This document shows, piece by piece, positions 31,862 through 41,242 of a stretch of 42,447 nt of DNA. This DNA is from Candidatus Nomurabacteria bacterium GW2011_GWA2_40_9 (GTDB lineage: Bacteria > Patescibacteriota > Minisyncoccia > Phycocordibacterales > UBA9973), in the NCBI GenBank assembly GCA_000993955.1, contig LBZW01000001.1:1-42447 (forward strand), given 5' to 3'. Both the position numbers and the translations under genes were made by a program. The notes under the pieces were generated by a model that saw only the letters and a list, made by a program, of their open reading frames with translations, was not told the DNA's origin and did no database searches. The stretch's first letter is position 1; every line of letters starts with the position of its first letter.

Positions 31862-32875
31862 ATGAGTATATTTTCTAGAAAATTAGGGATAGATTTAGGG
31901 ACTGCAAATACCTTGGTTTTTCTACCTGGAAAGGGGATAGTCCTCAACGAGCCTTCCGTGGTTGCAGTCTCAGAACAAGACAATAAAATACTGGCTATTG
32001 GCTTCGAAGCAAAAGACATGATAGGCAAGACTCCAGAATTTATTATCACATATTGTCCGATGAAAGATGGGGTAATAGCAGATTACAGAGTGACTGAGGC
32101 AATGCTCCGCTATTTTATAAATAAAGCCCTTGGTAAATATAATATTTTCAAACCAGATGTGATGGTGTCTGTGCCAGCGGGGGTTACTTCTACAGAACGT
32201 CGGGCAGTGGTAGAGGCTGCTATTCGTGCTGGAGCAAAGAACGCTTATGTAGTCAAAGAGCCAATTCTCGCAGCTATAGGGGCTGGAATACCGATCTATG
32301 AATCAAAGGGTCACATGGTGGTGGACATCGGTGGAGGGACGACCGACGTGGCCGTGATCGCTCTAGGGGGAATCGTGGCATCTACCTCTGTAAAATGCGC
32401 AGGGACAAAGATAGACCAAGCCATAGCAGACTACATTAAAAAAACATTCAACCTCGCCATCGGTGACAAGACTGCCGAAGAAGTAAAAATAAAAATCGGC
32501 GCAGCTGTGCCACTTGAAGAAGAACTTCGGGTCACGATAAAAGGACGTGATTTTATTCAAGGGCTTCCACGTTCTGCTCAAGTCGGCACAAATGAGATAG
32601 TAAAAGCCATAGACCCTGAATTAAAGCAAATCATAAAAGCTATCAAAGATGTATTGGCCGAAACGCCACCAGAGCTTGCTTCTGACATCATAGACCATGG
32701 CATTATAATGACTGGTGGTTCTTCCTTGTTGCGTAACTTTCCAGATTTAGTTTACAGAAAAACAGGAGTAAAAGCAGTTCTTGCAGAAGACGCACTTTAC
32801 TGTGTAGCCAAGGGTACAGGTATAGCCCTCGAGCATTTGGATGTTTACAAAAAAGCAGTCATAAGTAAAAAATAA
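31862..32875 (+). CDS. mreB: Rod shape-determining protein MreB
   Basis: GIDLGTANTLVF, MVVDIGGGTTDVAV, and the remaining actin-fold motifs. Start probably at ATG 31862 (MSIFSRKLGIDLG). Confidence 0.95.
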   Translation: MSIFSRKLGIDLGTANTLVFLPGKGIVLNEPSVVAVSEQDNKILAIGFEAKDMIGKTPEFIITYCPMKDGVIADYRVTEAMLRYFINKALGKYNIFKPDVMVSVPAGVTSTERRAVVEAAIRAGAKNAYVVKEPILAAIGAGIPIYESKGHMVVDIGGGTTDVAVIALGGIVASTSVKCAGTKIDQAIADYIKKTFNLAIGDKTAEEVKIKIGAAVPLEEELRVTIKGRDFIQGLPRSAQVGTNEIVKAIDPELKQIIKAIKDVLAETPPELASDIIDHGIIMTGGSSLLRNFPDLVYRKTGVKAVLAEDALYCVAKGTGIALEHLDVYKKAVISKK

Positions 32876-32880
32876 GATTG

Positions 32881-32899
32881 TCGGGTGTCCAACACCCGA
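32881..32899. repeat. Palindromic element family A, single unit, intergenic between mreB and holB
   Basis: TCGGGTGTCCAACACCCGA, 5 nt after the mreB stop. Matches the reverse complement of the gatB copy at 18 of 19 positions. Confidence 0.85.
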
Positions 32900-32914
32900 T
32901 GAGCTAATAAATAT

Positions 32915-33649
32915 ATGGATATTTTAGAACATCTAGATATAGACAACCTACATCATGCATATTTGATAGAAGATAGAAGTGCTGAAGCCTTGCCCGTGAT
33001 TCTAGAATTTTTAGCAAACTCTAATATAAACATACTAAATAATCCAGACTTTTTTCATATTTCTGCTGATTCTATAAAAATAGATGATGCACGACGACTC
33101 AAAGCCATGGGAGCTGATAGGGGATTTGATGGAACTGTAGGAAGTAAAAAGATTTTTATAATTTCTACGAACAGTTTTTTATTGGAAGCACAAAATACTT
33201 TACTCAAGATGTTTGAAGAGCCTATAGAACACACACATTTCTTTTTAATTATGCCGGATACAGACAGTCTGCTTGCTACTTTCAAATCCAGATTTTATTT
33301 TATTTCTTCAAATTCAAATATAAATAATATAAATACCGAATTAAAAGAAGCAGAGAAATTTGTGTCTATGACTTTGCCACAGAGAATTGAATTTATAAAA
33401 GAATTGATAACTGAAGTAGAGGATGAAGAAGACTCTATCTCTGTAGACTCTGCTCGCACAAAAGCCCAAAAGTTTTTAAATGCTTTAGAAACAGTACTAC
33501 ACCAACAAATGTCAAAGGCGGGCTTTGACACAAAAAACAACCTGACTTTCTTTCAGCAAATTTTCCAAGTCCGCAAATATCTCCGCCAACCCGGGTCTTC
33601 TACAAAGAGTTTAATGGAGTCTGTGGTGTTATCTGTACCATATTTTTAA
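32915..33649 (+). CDS. holB: DNA polymerase III delta-prime-like clamp-loader subunit
   Basis: HHAYLIE.., KIFIISTNSFLLEAQNTLLKMFEEPIEHTHFFLI matches the AAA+ box VII / sensor region of HolB. No intact P-loop. Confidence 0.7.
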   Translation: MDILEHLDIDNLHHAYLIEDRSAEALPVILEFLANSNINILNNPDFFHISADSIKIDDARRLKAMGADRGFDGTVGSKKIFIISTNSFLLEAQNTLLKMFEEPIEHTHFFLIMPDTDSLLATFKSRFYFISSNSNINNINTELKEAEKFVSMTLPQRIEFIKELITEVEDEEDSISVDSARTKAQKFLNALETVLHQQMSKAGFDTKNNLTFFQQIFQVRKYLRQPGSSTKSLMESVVLSVPYF

Positions 33650-33683
33650 TTATTTATAACATCTGCTATAATACAATCCATAT

Positions 33684-34235
33684 ATGCAATACAATTTTTT
33701 AATTTTTAAAGGTGAGTTAAAGAAGATAGAAGAGTTTTTGAGTAAGGAATACACACAGCTCAATATCGGCAGGGCGTCGCCGATGGTGCTCGACGGTATT
33801 GTAGTTGAATCTTATGGCTCATTTGGTCCTATTAAAAATGTGGCTTCTATTTCAGTTGAAGATCCAAAGACCCTACGGATAGCTCCTTGGGACAAGGGTC
33901 ATATAAAAGACATTGAAAAAGCTATCATGGCTTCAAACCTCGGCCTCTCTACGGCGGTAGATGATTCTGGAATACGAGTTATCTTTCCTCAGCTGACCAC
34001 AGAGTCTAGACAAAGACTCGTAAAACTTCTCAAAGAAAAACTTGAAGAGTCCAGAATAACAGTCCGTCAGGAACGAGAACGCATATGGGATGAAGTTCAA
34101 GCACTCGAGAAAGAAAGTAAAATGACCGAAGATGAAAAATTCCGTGCAAAAGAAGAATTGCAGAAAGTGATAGATGAAGCAAATGTAAACTTAGAGGCGA
34201 TATTTGAAAAGAAAGAGCGTGAAGTTATGAATTAA
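33684..34235 (+). CDS. frr: Ribosome recycling factor
   Basis: ..NIGRASPMVLDGIVVESYG.., IRVIFPQLTTESRQRLVK; RRF family. Confidence 0.95.
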   Translation: MQYNFLIFKGELKKIEEFLSKEYTQLNIGRASPMVLDGIVVESYGSFGPIKNVASISVEDPKTLRIAPWDKGHIKDIEKAIMASNLGLSTAVDDSGIRVIFPQLTTESRQRLVKLLKEKLEESRITVRQERERIWDEVQALEKESKMTEDEKFRAKEELQKVIDEANVNLEAIFEKKEREVMN

Positions 34236-34239
34236 CAAT

Positions 34240-35391
34240 ATGAACATACTTATTTTTGTAATAATTTTATTTGTTTTGGTTGTAGGTCATGAGATGGGGC
34301 ATTTTTCTGCTGCAAAGTTTTTCGGTATACGAGTAGATGAGTTTGGCTTTGGTTGGCCACCAAAGATTTTTGGTATAAAAAAAGGGGAAACAGAATATTC
34401 GTTCAATCTCTTGCCGATAGGCGGATTTGTAAAGATTTTTGGAGAAGACCCAAACGATGAAAACACCCGCGGTCCAGATGCATCACGAAGTTTTGTCAAT
34501 AAACCTAAAAGTAAGCAAGCTGTAGTATTGCTGGCTGGAGTTATCGCAAACTTTCTACTTGCGTGGTTACTGTTTTCTTTCGGTCTTATGTCTGGACTTC
34601 CTATGTCAGCTGGTAGTCAGCCGGCAAATTTTGATTTGCAAAATATAAATTTGACCATAGTGCAAGTAGCAAAAGGTTCTTCTGCAGAAGAAGCAGGACT
34701 AAGAGTTCAAGATAAATTGATTTTTGCAAAAAGTGGATATGATAGTATTTCAGATTTCCCTCCGGAAGTTTTTCAAGATTTCGTATTAAATCATCAAAAC
34801 CAAGAAATAGAAATTGGATATTTACGTGGCAAATCTGAGTTTGAAAAAGGATTGACTATATCTCAAATATTAAATGAACAAAATGATAAAGTGATTTATG
34901 TGACAGTAATACCTTCTATTTATAATCAAACAGATGACAGGCCTTCTATCGGTATCGCAATGGACACGATAGGTTTTATTAAATTGTCTTTCTTTTCTGC
35001 ACTCGTTGAAGGTATGAAAATTGATTGGAATGTTACCAAAGGTACTGTGATAGGGCTTTATACATTGATTGCTGATGGAATAAAAGGTGAAGGGAGCCTC
35101 TCCTCTGTTTCTGGACCAGTCGGAATGGTTGGAATTGTGGGAGATGCTCATAAGTTCGGCTTTGCGTACTTGCTGTCTTTCGCAGCGATTATTTCAGTCA
35201 ATCTCGCTATCATAAACTTGATTCCTTTCCCTGCACTTGACGGTGGACGACTATTATTTCTATTTATTGAAAAAATAAAAGGTTCTCGTATAAATCCAAA
35301 GATAGCAAACACCGCAAATATGATAGGGTTTGTGATTTTAATTTTATTGATGCTCCTCGTAACATATCACGATATCGTAAATTTAATCTAA
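34240..35391 (+). CDS. rseP: RIP metalloprotease RseP (M50 site-2 protease)
   Basis: HEMGHF zinc site, a PDZ-like middle domain, and NLIPFPALDGGRL. Confidence 0.9.
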   Translation: MNILIFVIILFVLVVGHEMGHFSAAKFFGIRVDEFGFGWPPKIFGIKKGETEYSFNLLPIGGFVKIFGEDPNDENTRGPDASRSFVNKPKSKQAVVLLAGVIANFLLAWLLFSFGLMSGLPMSAGSQPANFDLQNINLTIVQVAKGSSAEEAGLRVQDKLIFAKSGYDSISDFPPEVFQDFVLNHQNQEIEIGYLRGKSEFEKGLTISQILNEQNDKVIYVTVIPSIYNQTDDRPSIGIAMDTIGFIKLSFFSALVEGMKIDWNVTKGTVIGLYTLIADGIKGEGSLSSVSGPVGMVGIVGDAHKFGFAYLLSFAAIISVNLAIINLIPFPALDGGRLLFLFIEKIKGSRINPKIANTANMIGFVILILLMLLVTYHDIVNLI

Positions 35392-35417
35392 CAAAATATA
35401 AGTTAAAGATAAATTAG

Positions 35418-36803
35418 CTAAAGTATTTCACTATCTTTTACCTCATAACCTAGGTCGTTTATTTCTTTTCTTAACGCATCTGATTTTTGAAAGTTTTTAT
35501 TTTTGCGTGCGTTTTCTCGTTCTGTTACGAGTAGTTGTATTGCGTTTGGTATAGGCTCGTTTTCCCAGCCCGAGACTGGTCCGCCTTGGGCGGAAAAGTT
35601 GAGGCCGAGCACTCTGTCAAAGTCTAATATAGTAGCTTTTTTATTAGCATTTAAAATATTTTCATCTTTTATTAAATCCCAAAGAAGAGAAAGTGCTCGA
35701 GATGTATCTAAATCATTTTCTATGCGTTCTTTGAATTTTTGTTTATAATTCTCGTCTGTTTTGCCCATCTCTTCTCCTAGTTGATTATAAAGTCTATACA
35801 AGCGTTTCAAGGCTATTTCAGAAGCTTCCAGAGCCTCAAAGCTAAAGTTCATTTTTGTATGGTAGCTCGCCATCAGGAGCCAAAATCTGTAAGTAATAGG
35901 GGATATACCTTTTTCTATCAGTGTGTCTAGTCTCAAAAAATTACCCTCTGACTTTGCCATTTTGTTTCCACCTGTGTCTATGAATTCGTGATGCATCCAA
36001 AAACGCACAAAAGGTTTTTTGCCTGTAGCAGATTCTGATTGAGCTATCTCGTTTGTGTGGTGTATGGGTATGTGGTCTATGCCTCCTGTATGTATGTCAA
36101 ACTGTTCGCCTAGGAATTTTATTCCCATAGCAGAACACTCGATATGCCAGCCCGGGAACCCCTTGCCAAAAGGAGACTCATAGCCAAGTTTTGAATCTAG
36201 TTTCCACAAAGCAAAATCTATAGGTCTTTTTTTCTCACCAGTTTGTGTTATTCGAGCACCTTCTATGTCCCACTCTAATATTTCTTTTCCAATAAGCTTT
36301 CCATAATCCGCACATTTTTCTGTATCAAAATAAATTCCATCACTTGTTTTGTATGTGTAGCCTTTTTCTTCTAGTCTCTGTATTAGTGCTATGTCTTCTG
36401 CTACATAATCACTCGCAAAGTATTGCCCATCGGGCATCTCTATGTTTAACCGTTCTAAATCATGGTTGAATTTTTCTGTATAAAATTCTGCCATCTCACG
36501 CATGTTTTGGAGAGTCAGTTCTTTGCCTTCACGCAGGAGGCCTTTTGTCATCTTGTCATCTCCTGCGTCTGCATCAGATACCAGGTGGCCTATGTCTGTG
36601 ATATTCATGACTTGTTTTACTTCGTATCCAGAGTATTTGATAGTTCGTCTCAAAATATCTGCAAATACATAAGAGCGTAGATTACCTATGTGTGCAAAAT
36701 AATAAACCGTCGGACCGCAGGTATACATTCGCACTTCGTTTGCATCTATTGGTACAAATTCTTCTTTTTCTTTGGTTAATGTATTAAAAAATTTTAAAGG
36801 CAT
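35418..36803 (-). CDS. cysS: Cysteine--tRNA ligase
   Basis: HIGNLRSY (HIGH), KMAKSEGN (KMSKS), and the CGPTVY / WHIECS zinc ligand regions. Confidence 0.95.
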   Translation of the reverse strand: MPLKFFNTLTKEKEEFVPIDANEVRMYTCGPTVYYFAHIGNLRSYVFADILRRTIKYSGYEVKQVMNITDIGHLVSDADAGDDKMTKGLLREGKELTLQNMREMAEFYTEKFNHDLERLNIEMPDGQYFASDYVAEDIALIQRLEEKGYTYKTSDGIYFDTEKCADYGKLIGKEILEWDIEGARITQTGEKKRPIDFALWKLDSKLGYESPFGKGFPGWHIECSAMGIKFLGEQFDIHTGGIDHIPIHHTNEIAQSESATGKKPFVRFWMHHEFIDTGGNKMAKSEGNFLRLDTLIEKGISPITYRFWLLMASYHTKMNFSFEALEASEIALKRLYRLYNQLGEEMGKTDENYKQKFKERIENDLDTSRALSLLWDLIKDENILNANKKATILDFDRVLGLNFSAQGGPVSGWENEPIPNAIQLLVTERENARKNKNFQKSDALRKEINDLGYEVKDSEIL

Positions 36804-36813
36804 AGATTATTGT

Positions 36814-36869
36814 TCCACATGTCGGACATAGGGTCGGTCATTTTTTTTAGTCCCTATGTCCGACATGTG
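36814..36869. repeat. 56-nt palindrome (family F) in the perM-cysS spacer
   Basis: CCACATGTCGGACATAGGG (36814-36832), 18-nt loop, CCCTATGTCCGACATGTGG (36851-36869): a perfect 19-bp stem. Each arm contains the near-palindrome ATGTC(G/C)GACAT. Confidence 0.9.
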
Positions 36870-36876
36870 GTCTTAT

Positions 36877-37890
36877 TTAATTTGCTTGAAATTCATGCTT
36901 GTAAATAGACACAAGTGTATAGAGTAAGCTGATAGCGAGTGGCCCCATCAGCACGCCGATAGGCCCCATGAGAGATATACCCCCGAGGACTGAGAATAAT
37001 ATGAGGAGCGGTGGAATATTTGTTTTCCCAGAGATTACCATAGGGCTCAAGAAATTGTCCACCGTCCCTACCACCACCACAGCCCAGATGAGCATGCCAA
37101 CAGCTGCCCCCGTACTGCCTGTAACAAATAGGAATATTATAGCCGGCACAGAAACAAAAGCAGTGCCAACCATAGGTATGAGGGAACACACCGCTGCCAC
37201 CACTCCCCAGAGTGCTGCATTTTGTACACCAAATATAGACAGCCCCACACCCATGAGTAGCCCTTGGACTACAGCTATGAGCAAGTACCCCTTGATCACA
37301 CCGTTTACAGATAGTTCGAGTCTCTCTAAGATTTTCCTGTCATCAGTATCTACCAGAGGGCTCAACTGCACTATGTCTTTTTTCCATTTTGTACCGTCTT
37401 TCAAAAAGAAAAATATAGCCAAGAGCATAAGTACAAAAGAAAATACTGCAGTAACAGTACTTGTAAATATATTTGCTATGTTGCTGGTGATTAGTTTTAT
37501 GAAGTCGGTTACTTTTTGGTGTGCATCAAAAGAAATTCCATCTGGCAAGATGCGGTTCATGTATGTGTCTATAGAAGTTATAAAAGTATTTATATCGTTT
37601 CCCTCAACAGCTGACTGATACAAATTTTGACTTTGGTTGAATACTATGGCCGCGATGCCGAGTATTGGACCGACGAGTACTATGGTAAATAGTAATACAG
37701 TCAAAAAGCTGGAAAGTCCATTTGGCAAGCCTTTTCTCATCATCCAGTCGTGCATAGGGTGTAGAGCTATGGCAAAACATATACCTAGGACGAGAACTAT
37801 CCAAAAAGGACTAAATATAAAAAATGTTAATATAAAAGTAGCGAGCAATAATCCGAAAAAGAAATACCTCTCTATTATTTTTGTTTGCAT
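36877..37890 (-). CDS. AI-2E family transporter (PerM/UPF0118)
   Basis: 337 aa, about 8 TM, with a C-terminal ..GGISLMGPIGVLMGPL.. pattern typical of the family. Confidence 0.85.
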   Translation of the reverse strand: MQTKIIERYFFFGLLLATFILTFFIFSPFWIVLVLGICFAIALHPMHDWMMRKGLPNGLSSFLTVLLFTIVLVGPILGIAAIVFNQSQNLYQSAVEGNDINTFITSIDTYMNRILPDGISFDAHQKVTDFIKLITSNIANIFTSTVTAVFSFVLMLLAIFFFLKDGTKWKKDIVQLSPLVDTDDRKILERLELSVNGVIKGYLLIAVVQGLLMGVGLSIFGVQNAALWGVVAAVCSLIPMVGTAFVSVPAIIFLFVTGSTGAAVGMLIWAVVVVGTVDNFLSPMVISGKTNIPPLLILFSVLGGISLMGPIGVLMGPLAISLLYTLVSIYKHEFQAN

Positions 37891-37933
37891 GATGATTATA
37901 TTATATCAGAATATTTTTATAAAAAAAGCAAAT

Positions 37934-37967
37934 TTACCCAACTCTGACGGTCGTAAAAGTTAGGTAA
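37934..37967 (+). repeat. 42-bp hairpin repeat, copy 3 (diverged)
   Basis: TTACCCAACTCTGACGGTCGTAAAAGTTAGGTAA, 44 bp upstream of the perM start on the minus strand. This is the same relative position as copy 1 to rmuC. Confidence 0.85.
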
Positions 37968-38019
37968 TATTTTAAATACAAAAATTTGCATAAAAAACAG
38001 TTTTTGCTATACTTTAGTT

Positions 38020-38157
38020 TTGAAAAGTATTATTCAATTCTCTATATCAAAAGGTGAAAATGATTACATAGCTCAAGCTGTGGATTTTCCTATTTTTACT
38101 CAAGCAGAGACACTAGATCAACTTATTGAAAATATAAAGGATGCCACAAAACTGTGA
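38020..38157 (+). pseudogene. HicB-like antitoxin (UPF0150) remnant, TTG start, C-terminally truncated
   Basis: Not in the ORF track. Translation MKSIIQFSISKGENDYIAQAVDFPIFTQAETLDQLIENIKDATKL* matches the HicB N-terminal fold pattern (..DG.Y.A..P.LPG..TQG.TLEE...N.KEA). TGCTATACT lies at 38004-38012. Confidence 0.5.
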
Positions 38158-38422
38158 GTCTTAGTCCCAGAGACTAGAGTATCTCCTTCAGCATGTATGA
38201 GCCCTCTTGTCTTCTTACGCTTGTCTATACTAACCCTATTTGGAATCATAGTCCTTTTGACACTGATTTTATGTTTCTTTTTATGATACCGCTCGGTACA
38301 CAAATACTTACAATATTTTTGCTATGTCTTTCTGTAAATGTCCTTCATTTAACAAAGCTTCTAGCCTATCCCTTTTCTTGTCATTTAAATGACAAAATGC
38401 TTTACGATTTTTTGATTTTTTC
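38158..38422 (-). pseudogene. IS30-family transposase remnant (HTH piece plus short core piece)
   Basis: The minus strand from 38422 reads MKKSKNRKAFCHLNDKKRDRLEALLNEGHLQKDIAKIL* (IS30 N-terminal HTH). A second frame reads ..RTMIPNRVSIDKRKKTRGLIHAEGDTLVSG (IS30 I..RP....R...GHWEGD motif). Most of the approximately 1 kb gene is missing. Confidence 0.6.
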
Positions 38423-38617
38423 ATGAGAGAATTAGAAGAAATCACACAGAAGATTGCCAAAAATAAAACATATTTAAAAGATACTTACGGTGTTGAAGAA
38501 ATAGGTGTTTTTGGGTCTTTCGCACGAGGCGATAATGATCTAAATAATGATGTGGATATACCAAATGCCGAGGCTTTAATTCTTAACAAACCAGTATACA
38601 AAGCAGTGCTTGTATAA
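38423..38617 (+). pseudogene. Nucleotidyltransferase (MNT-type antitoxin) fragment
   Basis: ..LKDTYGVEEIGVFGSFARGDNDLNNDVDI.. is the GS-x9-DxD NTase motif. The sequence diverges and stops right after it. Confidence 0.6.
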
Positions 38618-38666
38618 TTTTACCTTTTAATTTTGCTAAAAATCTATTACAGGGTATAATTACATC

Positions 38667-39833
38667 ATGGCATCGTCGAAAAATAATGGAGAACTCGTTT
38701 TAGTTTTTGATATAGGATCTTCGTCTGTCGGAGGGGCGCTTTTTTACATGGGAAAGAGAGATATACCAAAGATTGTTTTTTCTATGCGTGAACCTATCCC
38801 AATAGAAGAAGAGCTTGATATTGATCGGTTTTTATTTTTAACACTTAAAGCACTGAAACTAGTCGCCGGGACTATATGTATGAAAGGCTATGGTGCACCA
38901 AAACGAATTTTTTGTATTCTATCGTCACCGTGGTATGCATCTCAAATACGGATAGTAAGGTTAGAAAAGGAAACACCCTTTACTTTCACAAATAAACTTG
39001 CCGATGAACTAATTCAAAAAGAAATAATTATCACCGAAGAAGAATATTTAGTAAAAAATGAAAGAACAGAAAATAAAGTCCGACCGATAGAACTTAAAAA
39101 TATGAAGACTATATTAAATGGTTATGCTACACCTACTCCATTGAACCAAAAAGCAAAAGTACTAGAAATGAATATCTTTGTTTCTATGAGTGGAGATAAT
39201 ATTTTGAATAAAATTGAAGAATCTATACAGCAAAATTTTCATGGACCGACCATAAAGTTTTCGTCTTTTATGATGGCGTCTTTTACAGTGGCTCGTGATG
39301 TATTTGTGAACCAAGACAATTTCTTACTTATAAATATTGGGGGAGAAGTGACAGATATAGCAATGATAAAAAAAGATGTCTTGCGAGAATCAGTTTCATA
39401 TCCAGCAGGAAGCAACTTCATCGTACGCGGAGTGGCAAATCAATTAAAATGCAATATCGATGAAGCAAAATCTTATGTTTCTATGTACAAAGAAGGGCAC
39501 ATTGAAGCCAATATTTTAAAGAAAATAGATCCAGTTATGGCAAAATTAAAAACTCAATGGCTCAAAAAATTTCAAGAATCTTTGAGTAATATAACAAATG
39601 ACATATCTATTCCTGCTACTATCTTTATCACTGTTGATCCAAGCTTAGCTGACTTTTTTTCCGACATTATTAAAACAGAAGAATTCAATCAATACTCTCT
39701 GACAGAATCAAAATTCCGAGTTTTCTTTTTGAGCACTCAAGCATTGCACGGCATTGTTGTGTTCGATACAGATACAAATCGCGATGTATTTCTGATCATC
39801 GAAGCCATTTACATTAATAACTTTCTTAGTTAG
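38667..39833 (+). CDS. Actin-fold (ASKHA) ATPase, PilM/FtsA-like
   Basis: Phosphate-1 LVFDIGSSSVGGALF and phosphate-2 LINIGGEVTDIAMI. TATAAT at 38655-38660 lies 6 nt before the ATG. Confidence 0.55.
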   Translation: MASSKNNGELVLVFDIGSSSVGGALFYMGKRDIPKIVFSMREPIPIEEELDIDRFLFLTLKALKLVAGTICMKGYGAPKRIFCILSSPWYASQIRIVRLEKETPFTFTNKLADELIQKEIIITEEEYLVKNERTENKVRPIELKNMKTILNGYATPTPLNQKAKVLEMNIFVSMSGDNILNKIEESIQQNFHGPTIKFSSFMMASFTVARDVFVNQDNFLLINIGGEVTDIAMIKKDVLRESVSYPAGSNFIVRGVANQLKCNIDEAKSYVSMYKEGHIEANILKKIDPVMAKLKTQWLKKFQESLSNITNDISIPATIFITVDPSLADFFSDIIKTEEFNQYSLTESKFRVFFLSTQALHGIVVFDTDTNRDVFLIIEAIYINNFLS

Positions 39834-39842
39834 TATATAATT

Positions 39843-41204
39843 ATGCCAAAAAATTTACTCCAAGATATAAAGCCCATAAGGCGTACTACTAGTAGTAATA
39901 CTGTTCCGCTTACTTTACATAAAAAAGAAATAGTTAAAGAAATAAAAATAGAATCTTTAACAGAACCCAAAGAACAAACAAGAGAGGAAATTAGAAAAGA
40001 ATACGAAGCTGTAAATCAAAAAATTTTACAACAAGATGGTAGAGAAAACAAAAAAGGAGAGAAGGGGTCACATTATGCACTTTGGTTTGTGGCAGTTGTA
40101 GCTCTCACCTTTCTTATTTTTGCTGTGTCTTCTCTGTTCACTAAAGCTCGCGTTACTATAAATCCAAAAGTACAAGATTTTACATTAAATCAGACTTTTT
40201 CTGCCGTAAAAGATTCAAGCACTTCTGGTGTTTTGTCTTTTAATTTTATTTCACTTTCTGGAGAAGAAGAAAAGATTGTAAACACTGAAGAAGAAAAAGA
40301 TTATTCACAAAAAGCCAAAGGTACTATTGTACTTTATAATAATTTTAATACAACTCTTCAAAATCTCGCCATAGATACTCGTCTAGAAGGTTCAAACGGC
40401 AAGATTTACAAGACAGAGAAAGTCGTGACTATCCCAGGCATAAAAGACAGTAAACCAGGCAGTGTAGAAGTAGGGATATATGCAAACGAGCCCGGAGAAG
40501 CTTACAATACCTCACCAATAGATTTTAAAATTCTTGGTTTCAAAGGCTCTGCCAAATACGAAAAATTTTATGGTCGTAGCAAGGGGGATATCTCAGGTGG
40601 ACTAGTGGGCAAACTTCGTTTGGTAGGAGAAGAAAACAAGGCAAAGGCAATAGAAGAATTGAAAATGACTCTTCAAGATAAATTATTTAAAAAAGCAGTA
40701 GATCAGTTACCAGAAGGGTATATCTTATTCAAAGACGCTGTGATCTTCAAAATAGATGATGAGTCAGGAGGGGTAGCTGATGCTTCAAATCAAAATGAAG
40801 TTTCAGTAAAAATAAAAGGTACGCTGTATGGCTTCTTGTTTGAAGAGAAAAATCTAACAAAGAAAATAGTAGAAACAATAATTCCAAAATACGACGGAAG
40901 TGAAGTTTATATTCCAAACATAAAAGATTTTACGATCTCTCTATCTACTGGGAGCACAGTATTTAGTTTTTCAGATATAAAAAACATAAACTTTAATTTA
41001 TTTGGCACATCTTCTATGGTCTGGAATACTGATGAAGAGAAACTCAAGAGTGTTTTAGTCAACAAATCTAAAAAAGATTTTCAGCACATACTCTCACAGT
41101 ACCCAAACATAGATTCTGCTAGTCTGATACTCCGCCCTATCTGGAGGAGAGACATGCCGTCTGACACAGCAGATATAAAAATAATAGTAAATTACCCAGA
41201 ATAA
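39843..41204 (+). CDS. Bitopic membrane protein with a large extracytoplasmic domain
   Basis: 453 aa, charged N-terminus, one TM (YALWFVAVVALTFLIFAVSSLF), beta-rich remainder. Lies 9 nt after the PilM-like gene. Confidence 0.45.
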   Translation: MPKNLLQDIKPIRRTTSSNTVPLTLHKKEIVKEIKIESLTEPKEQTREEIRKEYEAVNQKILQQDGRENKKGEKGSHYALWFVAVVALTFLIFAVSSLFTKARVTINPKVQDFTLNQTFSAVKDSSTSGVLSFNFISLSGEEEKIVNTEEEKDYSQKAKGTIVLYNNFNTTLQNLAIDTRLEGSNGKIYKTEKVVTIPGIKDSKPGSVEVGIYANEPGEAYNTSPIDFKILGFKGSAKYEKFYGRSKGDISGGLVGKLRLVGEENKAKAIEELKMTLQDKLFKKAVDQLPEGYILFKDAVIFKIDDESGGVADASNQNEVSVKIKGTLYGFLFEEKNLTKKIVETIIPKYDGSEVYIPNIKDFTISLSTGSTVFSFSDIKNINFNLFGTSSMVWNTDEEKLKSVLVNKSKKDFQHILSQYPNIDSASLILRPIWRRDMPSDTADIKIIVNYPE

Positions 41205-41216
41205 GCTTTTCTTACC

Positions 41217-41232
41217 TAAAGATAAGTTATAA
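41217..41232 (+). promoter_or_regulatory. Shared 16-nt promoter-like motif TAAAGATAAGTTATAA (copy 1)
   Basis: Identical to 42095-42110. Ends 10 nt before ATG 41243. Confidence 0.5.
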
Positions 41233-41242
41233 ACATAAAGAT

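Noticed and set aside
35565-35593. Two small GC hairpins (CCAG-CCCGAGA-CTGG and CCGCC-TTG-GGCGG) inside the cysS C-terminal region, encoding SAQGGPVSGWEN
   Set aside because: The stems are only 4-5 bp, there is no second copy in the window, and this part of CysS is naturally variable in length. It may be an eroded element, but the sequence alone does not support a claim.
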